Assembly: GCA_965200315.1 (NCBI GenBank)
Contig: OZ241362.1
Span: forward strand, 2,208,001-2,272,000
Source of the DNA: Candidatus Latescibacterota bacterium
GTDB taxonomy: Bacteria; Latescibacterota; UBA2968; UBA8231
Reading direction: 5' to 3'
DNA: 64,000 nt
The notes under the pieces are model-generated. The model made no database searches. It worked only from the letters and a program-made list of their open reading frames with translations, and was not told the DNA's origin. The first letter of the stretch is position 1. Each line of letters opens with the position of its first letter. Made by a program: the position numbers and the translations under genes. This document shows, one piece after another, positions 18,693 through 28,747 of the stretch.

Positions 18693-20377
18693 TGGTGCTC
18701 GCTCGGGTCGTTATCGGAGGCATCCTCGCGTCGCTGTGGTGGAGTGGCTGCGAACCGCAAGTAGATGGCGATGTGGTCGCCAAGGTAGGCGACGAAGAAA
18801 TCGAACTCGCAGACCTGCGCCAGTTCCGCGAAGAATCCACCGCCAATTACCGCGACCCCGAAGCGGGCCTCGAGGCGTGGCGTTTCTACTTGCAGACGAT
18901 GATCGACATGAAACTGATGCTCATCGCGGCACAGGAGCGGCAGCTAGATCAGACGGTGGAGTTCGTGCGCCAATGGGAGCGGGAACGGCGCAAGAAACTG
19001 GTCGATGAGTACGCCGTACGGACCATTCTCGCTGATGTCGATCTCGCCGTAGAAGGTATGCGGCAGGAGTTTGCGACGAGTAAATGGAATCGGATGTTGC
19101 GCCTAGCCCATATCCGCACCGCCAGCGAGACAGAAGCCCAAAAGGCCATGCGCGACTTGGAGCAGGGGTGGAATTTTGCCGAGGTGGCTCGCAGGTATTC
19201 TATAGCGCCAACAGCCGCCCACGGCGGGGTAATCGATGCTTGGTATGGACGCGGCAACTTGGAGGAGATGGGCCTGCCCCTAGATGTGGGAGAGCAGATA
19301 TTCGACCTACAGGTTGAGGACTTGAGTCAACCCTTACTGGTGGGGGAACACTACGAAATTTTCAAGGTCCTGTCCCAAGGCCCAGCACCGACTCACTACC
19401 GAGCAGCCTTCTTGCGCGAGCAGTACTGGAACGAGTTTCGCACCCGCTGGAATGAGCTGATCGCCCAACTCAAAGACCGGCTAAACGCCCAGCTAGATGG
19501 CGAGGCGATCCAGTTGCTGGTCGCTAGAATGGCCGAATCCGATGGTCGCGGGATGCTGTTGGGTCCCGAAGAACAGGAAGTGATCCTCTGCCGCTTCAAG
19601 GGCGGGCAGGTAACGCTGTGGGATTTCGCCGAAACCTATAACGCCTATTGGTTCATCCGCTCGGTCTCCTTCGACAGCAGCGGGATTGCCGAGTTCGTCC
19701 ACCGGGACCTCTTGCCGCGCACCCTCGTCTATCAAGCGGCTTTGCAGGAAGGCTTAGACCAAGATTCGACCATAGCAGCTTGGTTGCAGGACAAGAAAAA
19801 ATCACTGCTGCTCGAAGCCCTGCGGAGGGAGGACGTCGTCGAGCAGACCGAAGTCGATAGCGCCATGGCCCGCCAGTACTACGACGACCATCCTCAACAG
19901 TTCATGGAGCTAGAAGAGATTCAGGTGGTGGAAGCACTGCTGGCGACCCGCGCCGAAGCGGAACAGCTCTTGCAGCGGGTCCGCGCTGGCGAACCCCTAG
20001 AAACGCTGGCCGCCCGCCACACGCTGCGCACGGATACCGAGGGTGGGCATGGGCAATACCACATCCACAATCACCCCTCCGAGCGGCGGGTTTTCGGTGC
20101 CTTTTACGATTCGGTGGTCGCCGCGCCGGTGGGCGTGCTCACCGGCCCGGTGGCTCTCGACGAAGGCTATTCGATCTTCGAGGTGCGGGAGCGCATTCCC
20201 CCGCGTCCTACGCCTTTTGCACAGGCGGCTTCGCGGGCGCGGTGGTGGGTTCAGAAGCAGCAAGAAAAGACCCTCTTCGACTCCTTGTTCACCCGGCTCA
20301 GGAATCAATACGCCGATCGGGTTGTGGTATTTGAGGAGCAGTTGGGCAAACTAGACTCTAGCCCCGCTAGCCCATGA
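18692..20377 (+). CDS. PpiC/parvulin-type peptidyl-prolyl isomerase lipoprotein (SurA/PrsA-like, two domains)
   Basis: LAHIRT...FAEVARRYS...GG first domain and a second LETLAARHT...GG...GYSIF domain. Confidence 0.75.
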   Translation: MVLARVVIGGILASLWWSGCEPQVDGDVVAKVGDEEIELADLRQFREESTANYRDPEAGLEAWRFYLQTMIDMKLMLIAAQERQLDQTVEFVRQWERERRKKLVDEYAVRTILADVDLAVEGMRQEFATSKWNRMLRLAHIRTASETEAQKAMRDLEQGWNFAEVARRYSIAPTAAHGGVIDAWYGRGNLEEMGLPLDVGEQIFDLQVEDLSQPLLVGEHYEIFKVLSQGPAPTHYRAAFLREQYWNEFRTRWNELIAQLKDRLNAQLDGEAIQLLVARMAESDGRGMLLGPEEQEVILCRFKGGQVTLWDFAETYNAYWFIRSVSFDSSGIAEFVHRDLLPRTLVYQAALQEGLDQDSTIAAWLQDKKKSLLLEALRREDVVEQTEVDSAMARQYYDDHPQQFMELEEIQVVEALLATRAEAEQLLQRVRAGEPLETLAARHTLRTDTEGGHGQYHIHNHPSERRVFGAFYDSVVAAPVGVLTGPVALDEGYSIFEVRERIPPRPTPFAQAASRARWWVQKQQEKTLFDSLFTRLRNQYADRVVVFEEQLGKLDSSPASP

Positions 20378-20434
20378 CATCACTCGTCGGGGCAACCCAC
20401 GCTCACCTCAGCTTCTCTGCTTTCTACTAGTTTC

Positions 20435-22081
20435 GTGGCCGCGGTTTTGTCTTTGTGGGTGCTGCTCGTCGTGGGCAGCGCGGGATGCGGGCCAGCGGAG
20501 CCGGAGATCGGACCGGCATTTGTCGAGGTCGCACAGGAGGCGGGCATTGAATTCCACCATCAGAATGGGGCGAGCGGGCGCTACTACTATGTGGAAACCT
20601 ATGGGTCGGGCGCGGCCTTCCTCGACTACGACAACGACGGCGACCAAGACCTCTATGCAGTCAACAGCGCGTCGCTGCCGGGTTTTGCCGCCGAAGACGT
20701 CCCTATCAACGCGTTCTATCACAACCGAGGCGATGGCACCTTCGCGGATGTGACGGCGCAAACGCAGACGGGGCACCCGGGTTATGGCATGGGTGCTTGC
20801 GTCGGAGACATCGACAACGACGGGCACGTGGATCTGTACGTGACCAACTTTGGCCCCAACGTCCTCTATCGCAATCAGGGCGACGGAACCTTTGCCGATC
20901 AAACCGCCGACGCCGGGGTCGGCGATCCTCGCCTGAGCACTAGCTCGGCATTGGCCGACATCGACAACGACGGCGATCTAGACCTCTATGTGGCCAACAA
21001 CGTCTCCGTTGACTTAGCGTCCGACGAAGGATGTCGCCAAGGGGAGATCCCGGTCTATTGCGCCCCCACCCAGTACAAAGGAGAATCCGGTGCCCTTTTC
21101 CGCAACGATCAGGGCGGAAAGTTCGCCGATATTACCCGACCAGCCGGCGTGTACAGCGAGGCCGGCCGCCAGTTGGGCGTCGTATTTGGCGACTACGACA
21201 ACGACGGCGACGCGGACCTGTATGTGGCCAACGACATGAAGGCCAATTTCCTCTTTCGCAACGACGGCGCGGCGCGGTTCGCCGAAGTGGGATTGAGCGC
21301 GGGGGTGGCGCTCAGCGAGAGCGCTCGTCCCGAGGCCGGCATGGGCACGGACTTTGGCGACTGCGACCGGGACGGCGACTTGGATATAGTAGTTTGCAAC
21401 TTCCAGTGGGAAAGCTGCCGCCTCTATCGCAACGACAGCGACGGCACCTTTGCCGACCTGAGCTTTCCGTCGGGGTTGGGCGAGCCTACGCTTTCGACTT
21501 TGACCTTCGGCACGGATTTTTTCGACTACGACAACGACGGCGACCTAGATCTTTATCTGGCCAATGGCCACGTCCATCCACAAGTGCAGGCGTTCGACCA
21601 AGCCGCGTCCTATCCGCAGCCGGACCAACTCTTTGCCAACGACGGGGCTGGACGGTTTGCGCTCGTGTCGACTACGGCCTTGGGTGGAGTCGGACGGGGC
21701 GCGGCGTTTGCCGACTACGACAACGACGGCGATCTGGACGCTTTTGTCTCCAACAACAATCAACGGGCATTCTTGCTGCGCAACGACAGCGGCCAGCGCA
21801 ACCACTGGATCGCCTTTAAAACCGTAGGCCGGGTCAGCAACCGGGACGGGATTGGGGCGGTGATCCGGGTGGTAAGCGGCGATTTAGTGCAGGTTGAGGA
21901 GGTGCGCAGCGGCAGCAGCTATCTTTCGCAAAACGATCTGCGAGTGTACTTCGGCTTGGGCCAGCGGCAACGGGTGGATCGCGTCCAGATCCGTTGGCCC
22001 AGCGGGATCGTGCAGACGCTCTTACAAGTGCCCATCGACCAGATCCACCAAGTGGAAGAACCTTCTCCTTCCTCCGGCTAG
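20435..22081 (+). CDS. CRTAC1-family FG-GAP/VCBS repeat protein with ASPIC/UnbV C-terminus
   Basis: Repeated D(Y/I)DNDGD.DLYV motifs. SNRDGIGA, GSSYLSQ, FGLG and IRWPSG ASPIC motifs. Confidence 0.9.
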   Translation: MAAVLSLWVLLVVGSAGCGPAEPEIGPAFVEVAQEAGIEFHHQNGASGRYYYVETYGSGAAFLDYDNDGDQDLYAVNSASLPGFAAEDVPINAFYHNRGDGTFADVTAQTQTGHPGYGMGACVGDIDNDGHVDLYVTNFGPNVLYRNQGDGTFADQTADAGVGDPRLSTSSALADIDNDGDLDLYVANNVSVDLASDEGCRQGEIPVYCAPTQYKGESGALFRNDQGGKFADITRPAGVYSEAGRQLGVVFGDYDNDGDADLYVANDMKANFLFRNDGAARFAEVGLSAGVALSESARPEAGMGTDFGDCDRDGDLDIVVCNFQWESCRLYRNDSDGTFADLSFPSGLGEPTLSTLTFGTDFFDYDNDGDLDLYLANGHVHPQVQAFDQAASYPQPDQLFANDGAGRFALVSTTALGGVGRGAAFADYDNDGDLDAFVSNNNQRAFLLRNDSGQRNHWIAFKTVGRVSNRDGIGAVIRVVSGDLVQVEEVRSGSSYLSQNDLRVYFGLGQRQRVDRVQIRWPSGIVQTLLQVPIDQIHQVEEPSPSSG

Positions 22082-22082
22082 C

Positions 22083-22108
22083 TTCTGCGCCCATCTGCGG
22101 ATTATCTT
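22083..22108. repeat. Dispersed intergenic repeat, copy 2
   Basis: TTCTGCGCCCATCTGCGGATTATCTT immediately after a stop codon. Confidence 0.75.
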
Positions 22109-22132
22109 ATGGATGAGGTAGGATTGTATAGC

Positions 22133-23659
22133 ATGAGCAACCAGTCGAAAAGAACCAGAGCGTACCGCTGGGCCGTTATCTGCCTGCCGGCCCTGCTCAA
22201 CGGGTGTACACCCGCCGAAGAAAGCCTAGTCGAGCGAGAGGTTCGCTATCAGCACCAGATCGCGGAAGATCCGACGGATGCTGAGTCTCATTACGCGCTC
22301 GGCCAAGTGTACCACGAACAGGCGCGTTACCCCGAGGCCCTACAGTTGTTTCGCCTAGCCCAAGCGCTGGATTCCACCCACACCGGAGCGCAAGTGGGGA
22401 TCGGCAACATCCTGTTCAGGGGGGGCGAATTAGATCGAGCCTCACAAGCATACCAACAGGCCGTGCAGGGATGTGCCGATTGCGCGGACGCGCACCGGGG
22501 GCTGGGGGCCGTCTATCTGCGTCAGCGGCGCTTTGCCCAAGCCCGCCAAGCCTACCAACAGGCGCTTTTAAGTGAGCCAGACCATGCCCCTTCGCACTAC
22601 AATATCGGTGCGGCCTTCGGCCAAGAAGGCGCGTATCAAGAGGCGGCGGCGGCGATGGAACAGGCCATTGCTAGCGACTCTAAGTACCTCTTGGCGTACA
22701 CCGCGCTGGGCGATGTGTACTGCCTCAAGCTGGGGCAGTGCGAAAAGGCCGCCACACTCCTCGCACGGGCCGTGACCTTGCAACCGACGGCAGTCGCCCC
22801 CCGGATCGGCTTGGGGCGGGCCCACCTCCGCCTAGGAAGGTACGAGGAGGCCGCGGCGAGCTTTGAGGCCGCCATTGCCGCGGATTCGACGGCCGCAACA
22901 GCCTTTAACTGGCTCGGGGTAGCCCACACCAAGTTGGGGCAATACGAGCCTGCGGTCCAAGCTCTGCGCCGCGCCATTCGTCTCGATATGCTCAACCCAC
23001 AAGCCTATTACAACCTATCCCAGACCTACCAGAAACAGGGCAAGGCCAAGGCTAGCGAAGAGGCCCTGCGCGCCTTCAACCGCATTGATGTGTACTCTGG
23101 GGACATCCTCCGGTGGAAAACAATCCTCAACGGCAACCCGCACGATGCGATGGCGCTCTTTGAACTGGGCCGGATCTATGCTCGACTGGGCGTCTCAAAA
23201 GAAGCAGCCGCGTCCTTCCAACGCACGCTGACGATCAACCCCGCCCATGCGCCGGCTTGGCACAATCTAGGCAATGCCTACGCCCGCCTCGACCGCTTGG
23301 ACGAGGCTATCGCCGCCTTCCGCCAAGCACTGGCGCTGGACGAAGAGTACGCTCTCGCTTGGTATAACCTCGGCAATGCCCATTTTGCCAAAGGAGAACT
23401 AGCACAAGCCCGCAAGGCATTCACCACGGCGCTCAATCACCGGGAAGGATACGCAGACGCCTACCACGGCCTCGGGGGAGTGGCGCTGCGCGAAGGGGCA
23501 GCCGAGGAGGCATTGGGCCACTTTCGCACGGTCTTGGCGGCAGATTCGAGCTATGTCCGCGCCCATTACGGCTTGGCCTTGGCCTACCGGGCGCTCGGCG
23601 ACTCCCTGCGCACGGTGCAGGCACTGAAGCACTTCAAGCGGCTGCGCGGTGGGCCGTAA
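22133..23659 (+). CDS. TPR-repeat lipoprotein
   Basis: LLNGC lipobox; many TPR units (AWHNLGNAY, AYYNL, A..GLG). Confidence 0.85.
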   Translation: MSNQSKRTRAYRWAVICLPALLNGCTPAEESLVEREVRYQHQIAEDPTDAESHYALGQVYHEQARYPEALQLFRLAQALDSTHTGAQVGIGNILFRGGELDRASQAYQQAVQGCADCADAHRGLGAVYLRQRRFAQARQAYQQALLSEPDHAPSHYNIGAAFGQEGAYQEAAAAMEQAIASDSKYLLAYTALGDVYCLKLGQCEKAATLLARAVTLQPTAVAPRIGLGRAHLRLGRYEEAAASFEAAIAADSTAATAFNWLGVAHTKLGQYEPAVQALRRAIRLDMLNPQAYYNLSQTYQKQGKAKASEEALRAFNRIDVYSGDILRWKTILNGNPHDAMALFELGRIYARLGVSKEAAASFQRTLTINPAHAPAWHNLGNAYARLDRLDEAIAAFRQALALDEEYALAWYNLGNAHFAKGELAQARKAFTTALNHREGYADAYHGLGGVALREGAAEEALGHFRTVLAADSSYVRAHYGLALAYRALGDSLRTVQALKHFKRLRGGP

Positions 23660-23660
23660 C

Positions 23661-24936
23661 ATGCGGTCTATGCTGGCCTTGACTTTTGTCGCGCTGTCTT
23701 GCGCCACAGAACCGTCGGTGCTAACACGAAGCGCATGGCCGTCCGCTTGGCGGAGATCGCGCAGAATTTGAACCCCACCATTACAACGCGGCGCGGGTAG
23801 AGTACCTCAAGCTCTTGCCGCAGCCATCCGATACCGCCGGCCACCTGCGCACCCGTGCCTATCTGGCGCGGGAACGATTGAGCACCGGCCAGAGCCAAGC
23901 CGCCATTGACGAGTTTGAAGAGCTCCAGCCGCAGCTACTACAAGTCGATCTCAGACTGACCCCAGACGTGCGCGTTCTGCTGGGGCTGTCCTATATGCGC
24001 CTAGGGGAGCAGGAAAACTGTCTCGCTCGGCACGCGACGGTCGCGTGTCTTTTGCCGATTGGCAGCGACGGAATCCACGCCATTGAGCGGGGGTCGCGGG
24101 CGGCGCGGGCGGAATTTGCCGCGTATTTGGCAGAGCACCCAGACGACCTCACCGTTCGCTGGCTTTTGCAGATACCATTACGAGGCCAGCGCCGCCGACT
24201 ATCTGGGGCTGGCGACCGCGGCCGAGCGTCCCCGCCTGTACCGCAACAAGGGCGACGAGACCTTTGCCGAGCGCAGCGCGGAGGAGGGCGTTGACAAAGT
24301 GCTCTATGCGATGGGTTGCGATTTCGGCGACCTTGACAACGGCGGTTGGCTGGATTTTTACGTCGGCATGGGGTCGCCTTCGCTCCGCTCGGTCATGCCC
24401 AGCCGCATGTTCCGCAATGCCGCCGGGCGCTTCCGGCGGCTTCGGCCATCTGCAAAAGGGGCACGGCGTGGCTTTTGGCGACCTCGACAACGACGGCGAC
24501 CAAGATATCTATGCGGTTATGGGCGGGGCCTATACTGGGGACGTGTTCCAGAACGTCCTCTTTGAAAACCCCGGGCACGGCAACCACTGGATCGCGCTTC
24601 TATTGGAAGGAGTACAATCCAATCGCGCCGCCTTGGGAGCGCACATCAGAGTCCAAGTCGCAACTGTGGAGGGAACGAGGAATATCTACGCCACCGTCGA
24701 CACGGGGGCCAGCTTCGGCGGATCGAGTCTGCAACAGGAGATCGGTCTGGGACAAGCCACGGCCCTCGAAGCCGTCGAAGTTACCTAGCCAGCCACGGAC
24801 GCACGGCAACTGTTTACCGGCCTCGAAATGGATCAGTACTACAGCATCCGCGAAGGCGACCGGACGCCGGTCCGGCTCGACCGCCGCTGGTCATGCAGGC
24901 TGCGGTGGGAGACCGCGCTATAGCAATGCGGAATGA
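23661..24936 (+). pseudogene. Fragmented second CRTAC1/FG-GAP-ASPIC gene
   Basis: Pieces lie in different frames: GEQENCL...CLLPI; RLYRNKGD...GDLDN; GFGHLQKGHGVAFGDLDNDGDQD...SNRAALGA...QEIGLG. In-frame TAG at 24786-24788 (EVT*P), after which the homology continues. Confidence 0.8.
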
Positions 24937-24972
24937 TCGAACGGTTCGAGATGCGGATCGCCTTGTTTACTA

Positions 24973-24998
24973 TTCTGCGTCCATCTGCGGATCATCTT
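24973..24998. repeat. Dispersed intergenic repeat, copy 3
   Basis: TTCTGCGTCCATCTGCGGATCATCTT. Confidence 0.8.
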
Positions 24999-25067
24999 GT
25001 GAATTAGGTGCCCTGCATGACGCAGCCGTCCGTTTAAGCTAGGCCGCATCTAGGCCGCCGAAGAATT

Positions 25068-26543
25068 TCACCGCCTCCAGCCCTTCTCTAGCCGGCTCGC
25101 CTGTTTCTTCGACAGCCCACCCAACGCCTTCATGGCGTCCAACAGCCGCATCCGCGTCAATTCTGGCCCCAAGAGCGCGGCGGACTCAAACAGCGGCGGC
25201 CCCACCCGCTCGCCAGTCAGCGCGACAATGAGCGGTACGGTCACGTCGCGGACTGGCCACTCCCAATGCGCGGCCACCCGGCGCACGGCGGTGGCCACGC
25301 TGTCTTTGTCCCACTCCGCCACCTCGTCCAAGGCCCACACAGCCGTTTGCAACATTCGCGCTACCTCGGCGGCCTCCCGCTTTTTCGGCACCAAATCCTC
25401 GGCCTTTGGCTCCACCTGCCGGGCAAATAAAAACGCCACGCGCGGCACAAAATCCCCCAGCGTCTCTAGCCGCTGCTGCATAAAAGGCAGCATCTGCCCC
25501 ACGTATCCGTCGTTGAGCAGCCAGCCCTTTAGCTCCGCCAACAGGGCTTCCGGCGTCCGATCTTCGCGCAGATAGCGTCCGTTGAGCCAGCCCAGCTTGT
25601 CTATGTCGAAGATGGAGCCGCCCAAATTGAGCTTCGCCGGGTCGAAATGCTCGGCTAACTGCTCCACGGTGAACTTTTCGTCTCCGATCGGCGGATAGGC
25701 CATCAGCGCCAAGTAATTGAGCAGGGCCTGCGGCACATAGCCAGCGCGGCGATAGTACTCTACCGAGGTCGGGTTCCGCCGCTTCGACATCTTGGAGCCG
25801 TCGGGATTGAGCAGCAACGGCAGGTGCAGGTACGTCGGCGGCGTCCAGCCAAAAGCCTCGTAGAGCCTGAGGTGCTTGGGCGTGGAGGTGATCCACTCCT
25901 CCCCCCGAATCACGTGGCTGATCCGCATCAAATGATCGTCCACTACCACGGCCAAGTGGTAAGTCGGAAAGCCATCGGACTTCATCAGCACTTGGTCGTC
26001 CATATTCCCCCACTCTAGGGAAATCGGCTCCCGGAGCATATCCTCGACTATACATGCTCCCTCCTTCGGCATCTCCAGCCGAATCACATGCGTACATCCC
26101 GCCTGCATCTTGGTCTCTACCTCTTTAGCAGACAGCCTCCGGCAATGTCCGTCGTAGCCGATATGCTCCTTGCGCTCCTGCTGCTCCGCCCGCAGCGCGG
26201 CCAGCCGCTCGCTCGTGCAAAAGCAGGGATAGGCATGCCCGCTGGCGACCAACTTCGCAGCGTATTCCGCGTAGATGGACAAGCGCTCGCTCTGCCGATA
26301 CGGGCCGTAAGGACCGCCCACATCGGGGCCCTCGTCCCACGTCAACCCCAACCACCGCAGCGACTGCATGAGCTCATCTTCGTACCTCTTTTGCGACCGC
26401 GCTTGGTCGGTATCCTCGATGCGCAGCACAAACTGCCCTTCGTTTTGCCGCGCCCACACCCAATCGAACAGCGCTTGATACGCGGTCCCTACGTGCATGG
26501 GGCCGGTCGGCGAAGGCGCGATACGCACTCTCACGTCTGCCAT
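25068..26543 (-). CDS. gltX: Glutamate--tRNA ligase
   Basis: RIAPSPTG.MHVG (HIGH), LRIEDTD, PYRQSER, YPCFCT, KMSKR. Confidence 0.97.
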   Translation of the reverse strand: MADVRVRIAPSPTGPMHVGTAYQALFDWVWARQNEGQFVLRIEDTDQARSQKRYEDELMQSLRWLGLTWDEGPDVGGPYGPYRQSERLSIYAEYAAKLVASGHAYPCFCTSERLAALRAEQQERKEHIGYDGHCRRLSAKEVETKMQAGCTHVIRLEMPKEGACIVEDMLREPISLEWGNMDDQVLMKSDGFPTYHLAVVVDDHLMRISHVIRGEEWITSTPKHLRLYEAFGWTPPTYLHLPLLLNPDGSKMSKRRNPTSVEYYRRAGYVPQALLNYLALMAYPPIGDEKFTVEQLAEHFDPAKLNLGGSIFDIDKLGWLNGRYLREDRTPEALLAELKGWLLNDGYVGQMLPFMQQRLETLGDFVPRVAFLFARQVEPKAEDLVPKKREAAEVARMLQTAVWALDEVAEWDKDSVATAVRRVAAHWEWPVRDVTVPLIVALTGERVGPPLFESAALLGPELTRMRLLDAMKALGGLSKKQASRLEKGWRR

Positions 26544-26716
26544 CTTTTATCTCCTCGTCTTTGGGCTATAAACCAAGCCCTAGCCGCTCCTGCACAACGC
26601 GGCCTATTGCACATTTAGCTTTTTTTCCTAAGTTTATAACTTATAATGATTAACGTGCTTTCGCTGGCGTCCCGCCGCACGTATTTCTCGCCCTTTCAAT
26701 CCAATAGATAGGATTT

Positions 26717-27898
26717 ATGCTGTTTACCGAGCTCGACCTAGCACCCTACATCCTCAGAGCACTCGACGAGATGGGCTACGAGGACATGACGCCCATCCAA
26801 GAACAAACCATTCCCCACATTATCGCCGGCAAAGACGTCATGGGCCTAGCCGAAACCGGCTCTGGCAAGACCGGCGCCTGCGCCATCCCCCTGATCCAAG
26901 CCACAGACGAGTCGCTCAACGCCATCCAAGCCCTCATCTTGGTCCCCACCCGCGAGTTGGCACTTCAATACGTCCAAGAGGTGGACGAAATCGCCAAGTA
27001 CTCAGGCGTGGTGCCGTTTGCCATCTACGGCGGCTTTGACATGGACATCCAAAAGGCCAAGATCAACCACGGCGTTCACGTGCTCGTGGCCACGCCGGGC
27101 CGTCTCATCGACTTTATATGGAATCACAGCCTCGACCTGACCCACGTCAAAACTGTGGTCCTCGACGAGTCCGATGAGATGCTCAAGATGGGGTTTATCG
27201 AAGATGTGGACTTTATCTTGTCCTGCATCATGCAGGAACACCAAACCTTGCTTTTTTCCGCGACCATGCCCCCGGAGATAGAGCGGCTGACCCGACAATA
27301 CCTCAAGTCGCCCGAGCGCATCCATCTCAACCGCCACCAGCGGGCACCCCAATCGCTCGCCCATCACTTCCTCCACATTTCCCGCCGCCGCTGTGACGCA
27401 CTCGTCAATTACATTGAAGACCAAGATATCCAACAGGGCATCATCTTCTGCAATTCGCGCGACAAAGCATCCGACTTGTTCCGCGATCTACAAAGGCGCG
27501 TCCGCTCGGTCGATATCATCCACGGCGGGCTAGACCAAGAGCGGCGCACCTCCATCTTCCGCCGCTTCCGCCAGCAGAAGATCCGCTTTATGGTAGCCAC
27601 GGACGTGGCCGGGCGCGGCTTGGATTTTTCGCACGTCACCCACGTCATCAACTACGACTTTCCCTTTAACGCCGAAATCTACACCCACCGCACGGGCCGG
27701 GCCGGGCGCATGGGCCGGGCCGGTAAGGCCCTGACCTTGGTCGGCGACCGCGACCTCCGCGACCTCAAGCGCCTGCTCAACGCCAACCGCATCCACGCGC
27801 ATTGGGAAGGCACTGCGCCCGACTTGGACGACATCCGCGCCAAACGCAAAGGTCGAGGACGTAGACGTAGCCCGCGCGGCAAAAAACCTACCCGATAG
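26717..27898 (+). CDS. DEAD-box RNA helicase (motif II reads DESD)
   Basis: AETGSGKT, PTRELA, TPGR, DESD, SAT, HRTGRAGR; basic tail. Confidence 0.93.
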   Translation: MLFTELDLAPYILRALDEMGYEDMTPIQEQTIPHIIAGKDVMGLAETGSGKTGACAIPLIQATDESLNAIQALILVPTRELALQYVQEVDEIAKYSGVVPFAIYGGFDMDIQKAKINHGVHVLVATPGRLIDFIWNHSLDLTHVKTVVLDESDEMLKMGFIEDVDFILSCIMQEHQTLLFSATMPPEIERLTRQYLKSPERIHLNRHQRAPQSLAHHFLHISRRRCDALVNYIEDQDIQQGIIFCNSRDKASDLFRDLQRRVRSVDIIHGGLDQERRTSIFRRFRQQKIRFMVATDVAGRGLDFSHVTHVINYDFPFNAEIYTHRTGRAGRMGRAGKALTLVGDRDLRDLKRLLNANRIHAHWEGTAPDLDDIRAKRKGRGRRRSPRGKKPTR

Positions 27899-27944
27899 AG
27901 CCGATCAGACGCTCTCCGCAGCGCACCAGCTAGCGGTCGTTTGT

Positions 27945-28727
27945 TCACGGCGCATCCGGTGAATTGGCTTTTTCCAACTCAGGCAGCAACCCGTATTTGA
28001 CCCAACCAAAATTTGGATCTATTCCAAGCGCCTTTTCAAAGGCCGCTCGCGCCTGCTCCAGCTCACCTCGGTCTTGGTAAACGATGCCGAGCCAAGCGTA
28101 GGTTTCCCTGTGCCCCCATACTGGCTGGATGGGATCGGTCGGCTCTTCTTGGGCAAAGAGTTCGGCGGCGCGTTGGAGCCCTTGCAGGCCCTTTTCTTTA
28201 CTTCCACCAAATATTTTGGGGGTATTAAAATCGCTGATGGCCGCGCTTAGTACCACGCGCGGATTGTCGGGAGCGAGTTGCTTGGCTTTCTGGATAGCCT
28301 TTCCAATTTTGGGACCCAAGAGTATGGTTTTCATAGGACTCAGGCCGATTTGTTGCCCGTACACGCTTGAGAGCAGAGCATAGGCTTCAGCCGCTTGCGG
28401 GTCAATCTCGGTAGCCTCTTGTAAGTGCCCGACAGCGGCTTTAAGGTGATCAAGAACCTGATCTTTGCTTGCTCGGCTCGAGCCCAATAGCCCGGCAATG
28501 CGGTAATCGGCCAAAGCGATGTAGTAGTGGCCCCATGCAGACAGACCCGTGTCGGCTAGGGTACGCTCAAACATCGCCCTAGCCGCGTACATAGAATCGA
28601 GGGCACTCTCATTTTCAGCAGCTTGCAGCATCTGCTTTCCACTGACGAGAAGACTATCGGCCGGTTGGGCGAGGGCAGGATGGGTAATCGAGATAATGAA
28701 AGCGAGTGAGAGCAGAAAACGTCGCAT
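27945..28727 (-). CDS. Secreted TPR protein; paralogue of the C-terminal domain of 30991..32679
   Basis: Signal peptide ending ALA-Q. YYIALADYR, ALLSSVYGQ, NPRVVL, FGG.KE.G and P.WG motifs shared with the fused domain. Confidence 0.8.
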   Translation of the reverse strand: MRRFLLSLAFIISITHPALAQPADSLLVSGKQMLQAAENESALDSMYAARAMFERTLADTGLSAWGHYYIALADYRIAGLLGSSRASKDQVLDHLKAAVGHLQEATEIDPQAAEAYALLSSVYGQQIGLSPMKTILLGPKIGKAIQKAKQLAPDNPRVVLSAAISDFNTPKIFGGSKEKGLQGLQRAAELFAQEEPTDPIQPVWGHRETYAWLGIVYQDRGELEQARAAFEKALGIDPNFGWVKYGLLPELEKANSPDAP

Positions 28728-28747
28728 AAGGGCCTCTCTAATGAAGT

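Noticed and set aside
17407-24788. TAG-to-Trp recoding suggested by two TAGs at Trp positions (17407, 24786)
   Set aside because: Many intact genes here end in TAG, TGG-to-TAG is a single transition, and the CRTAC1 copy is also frameshifted.
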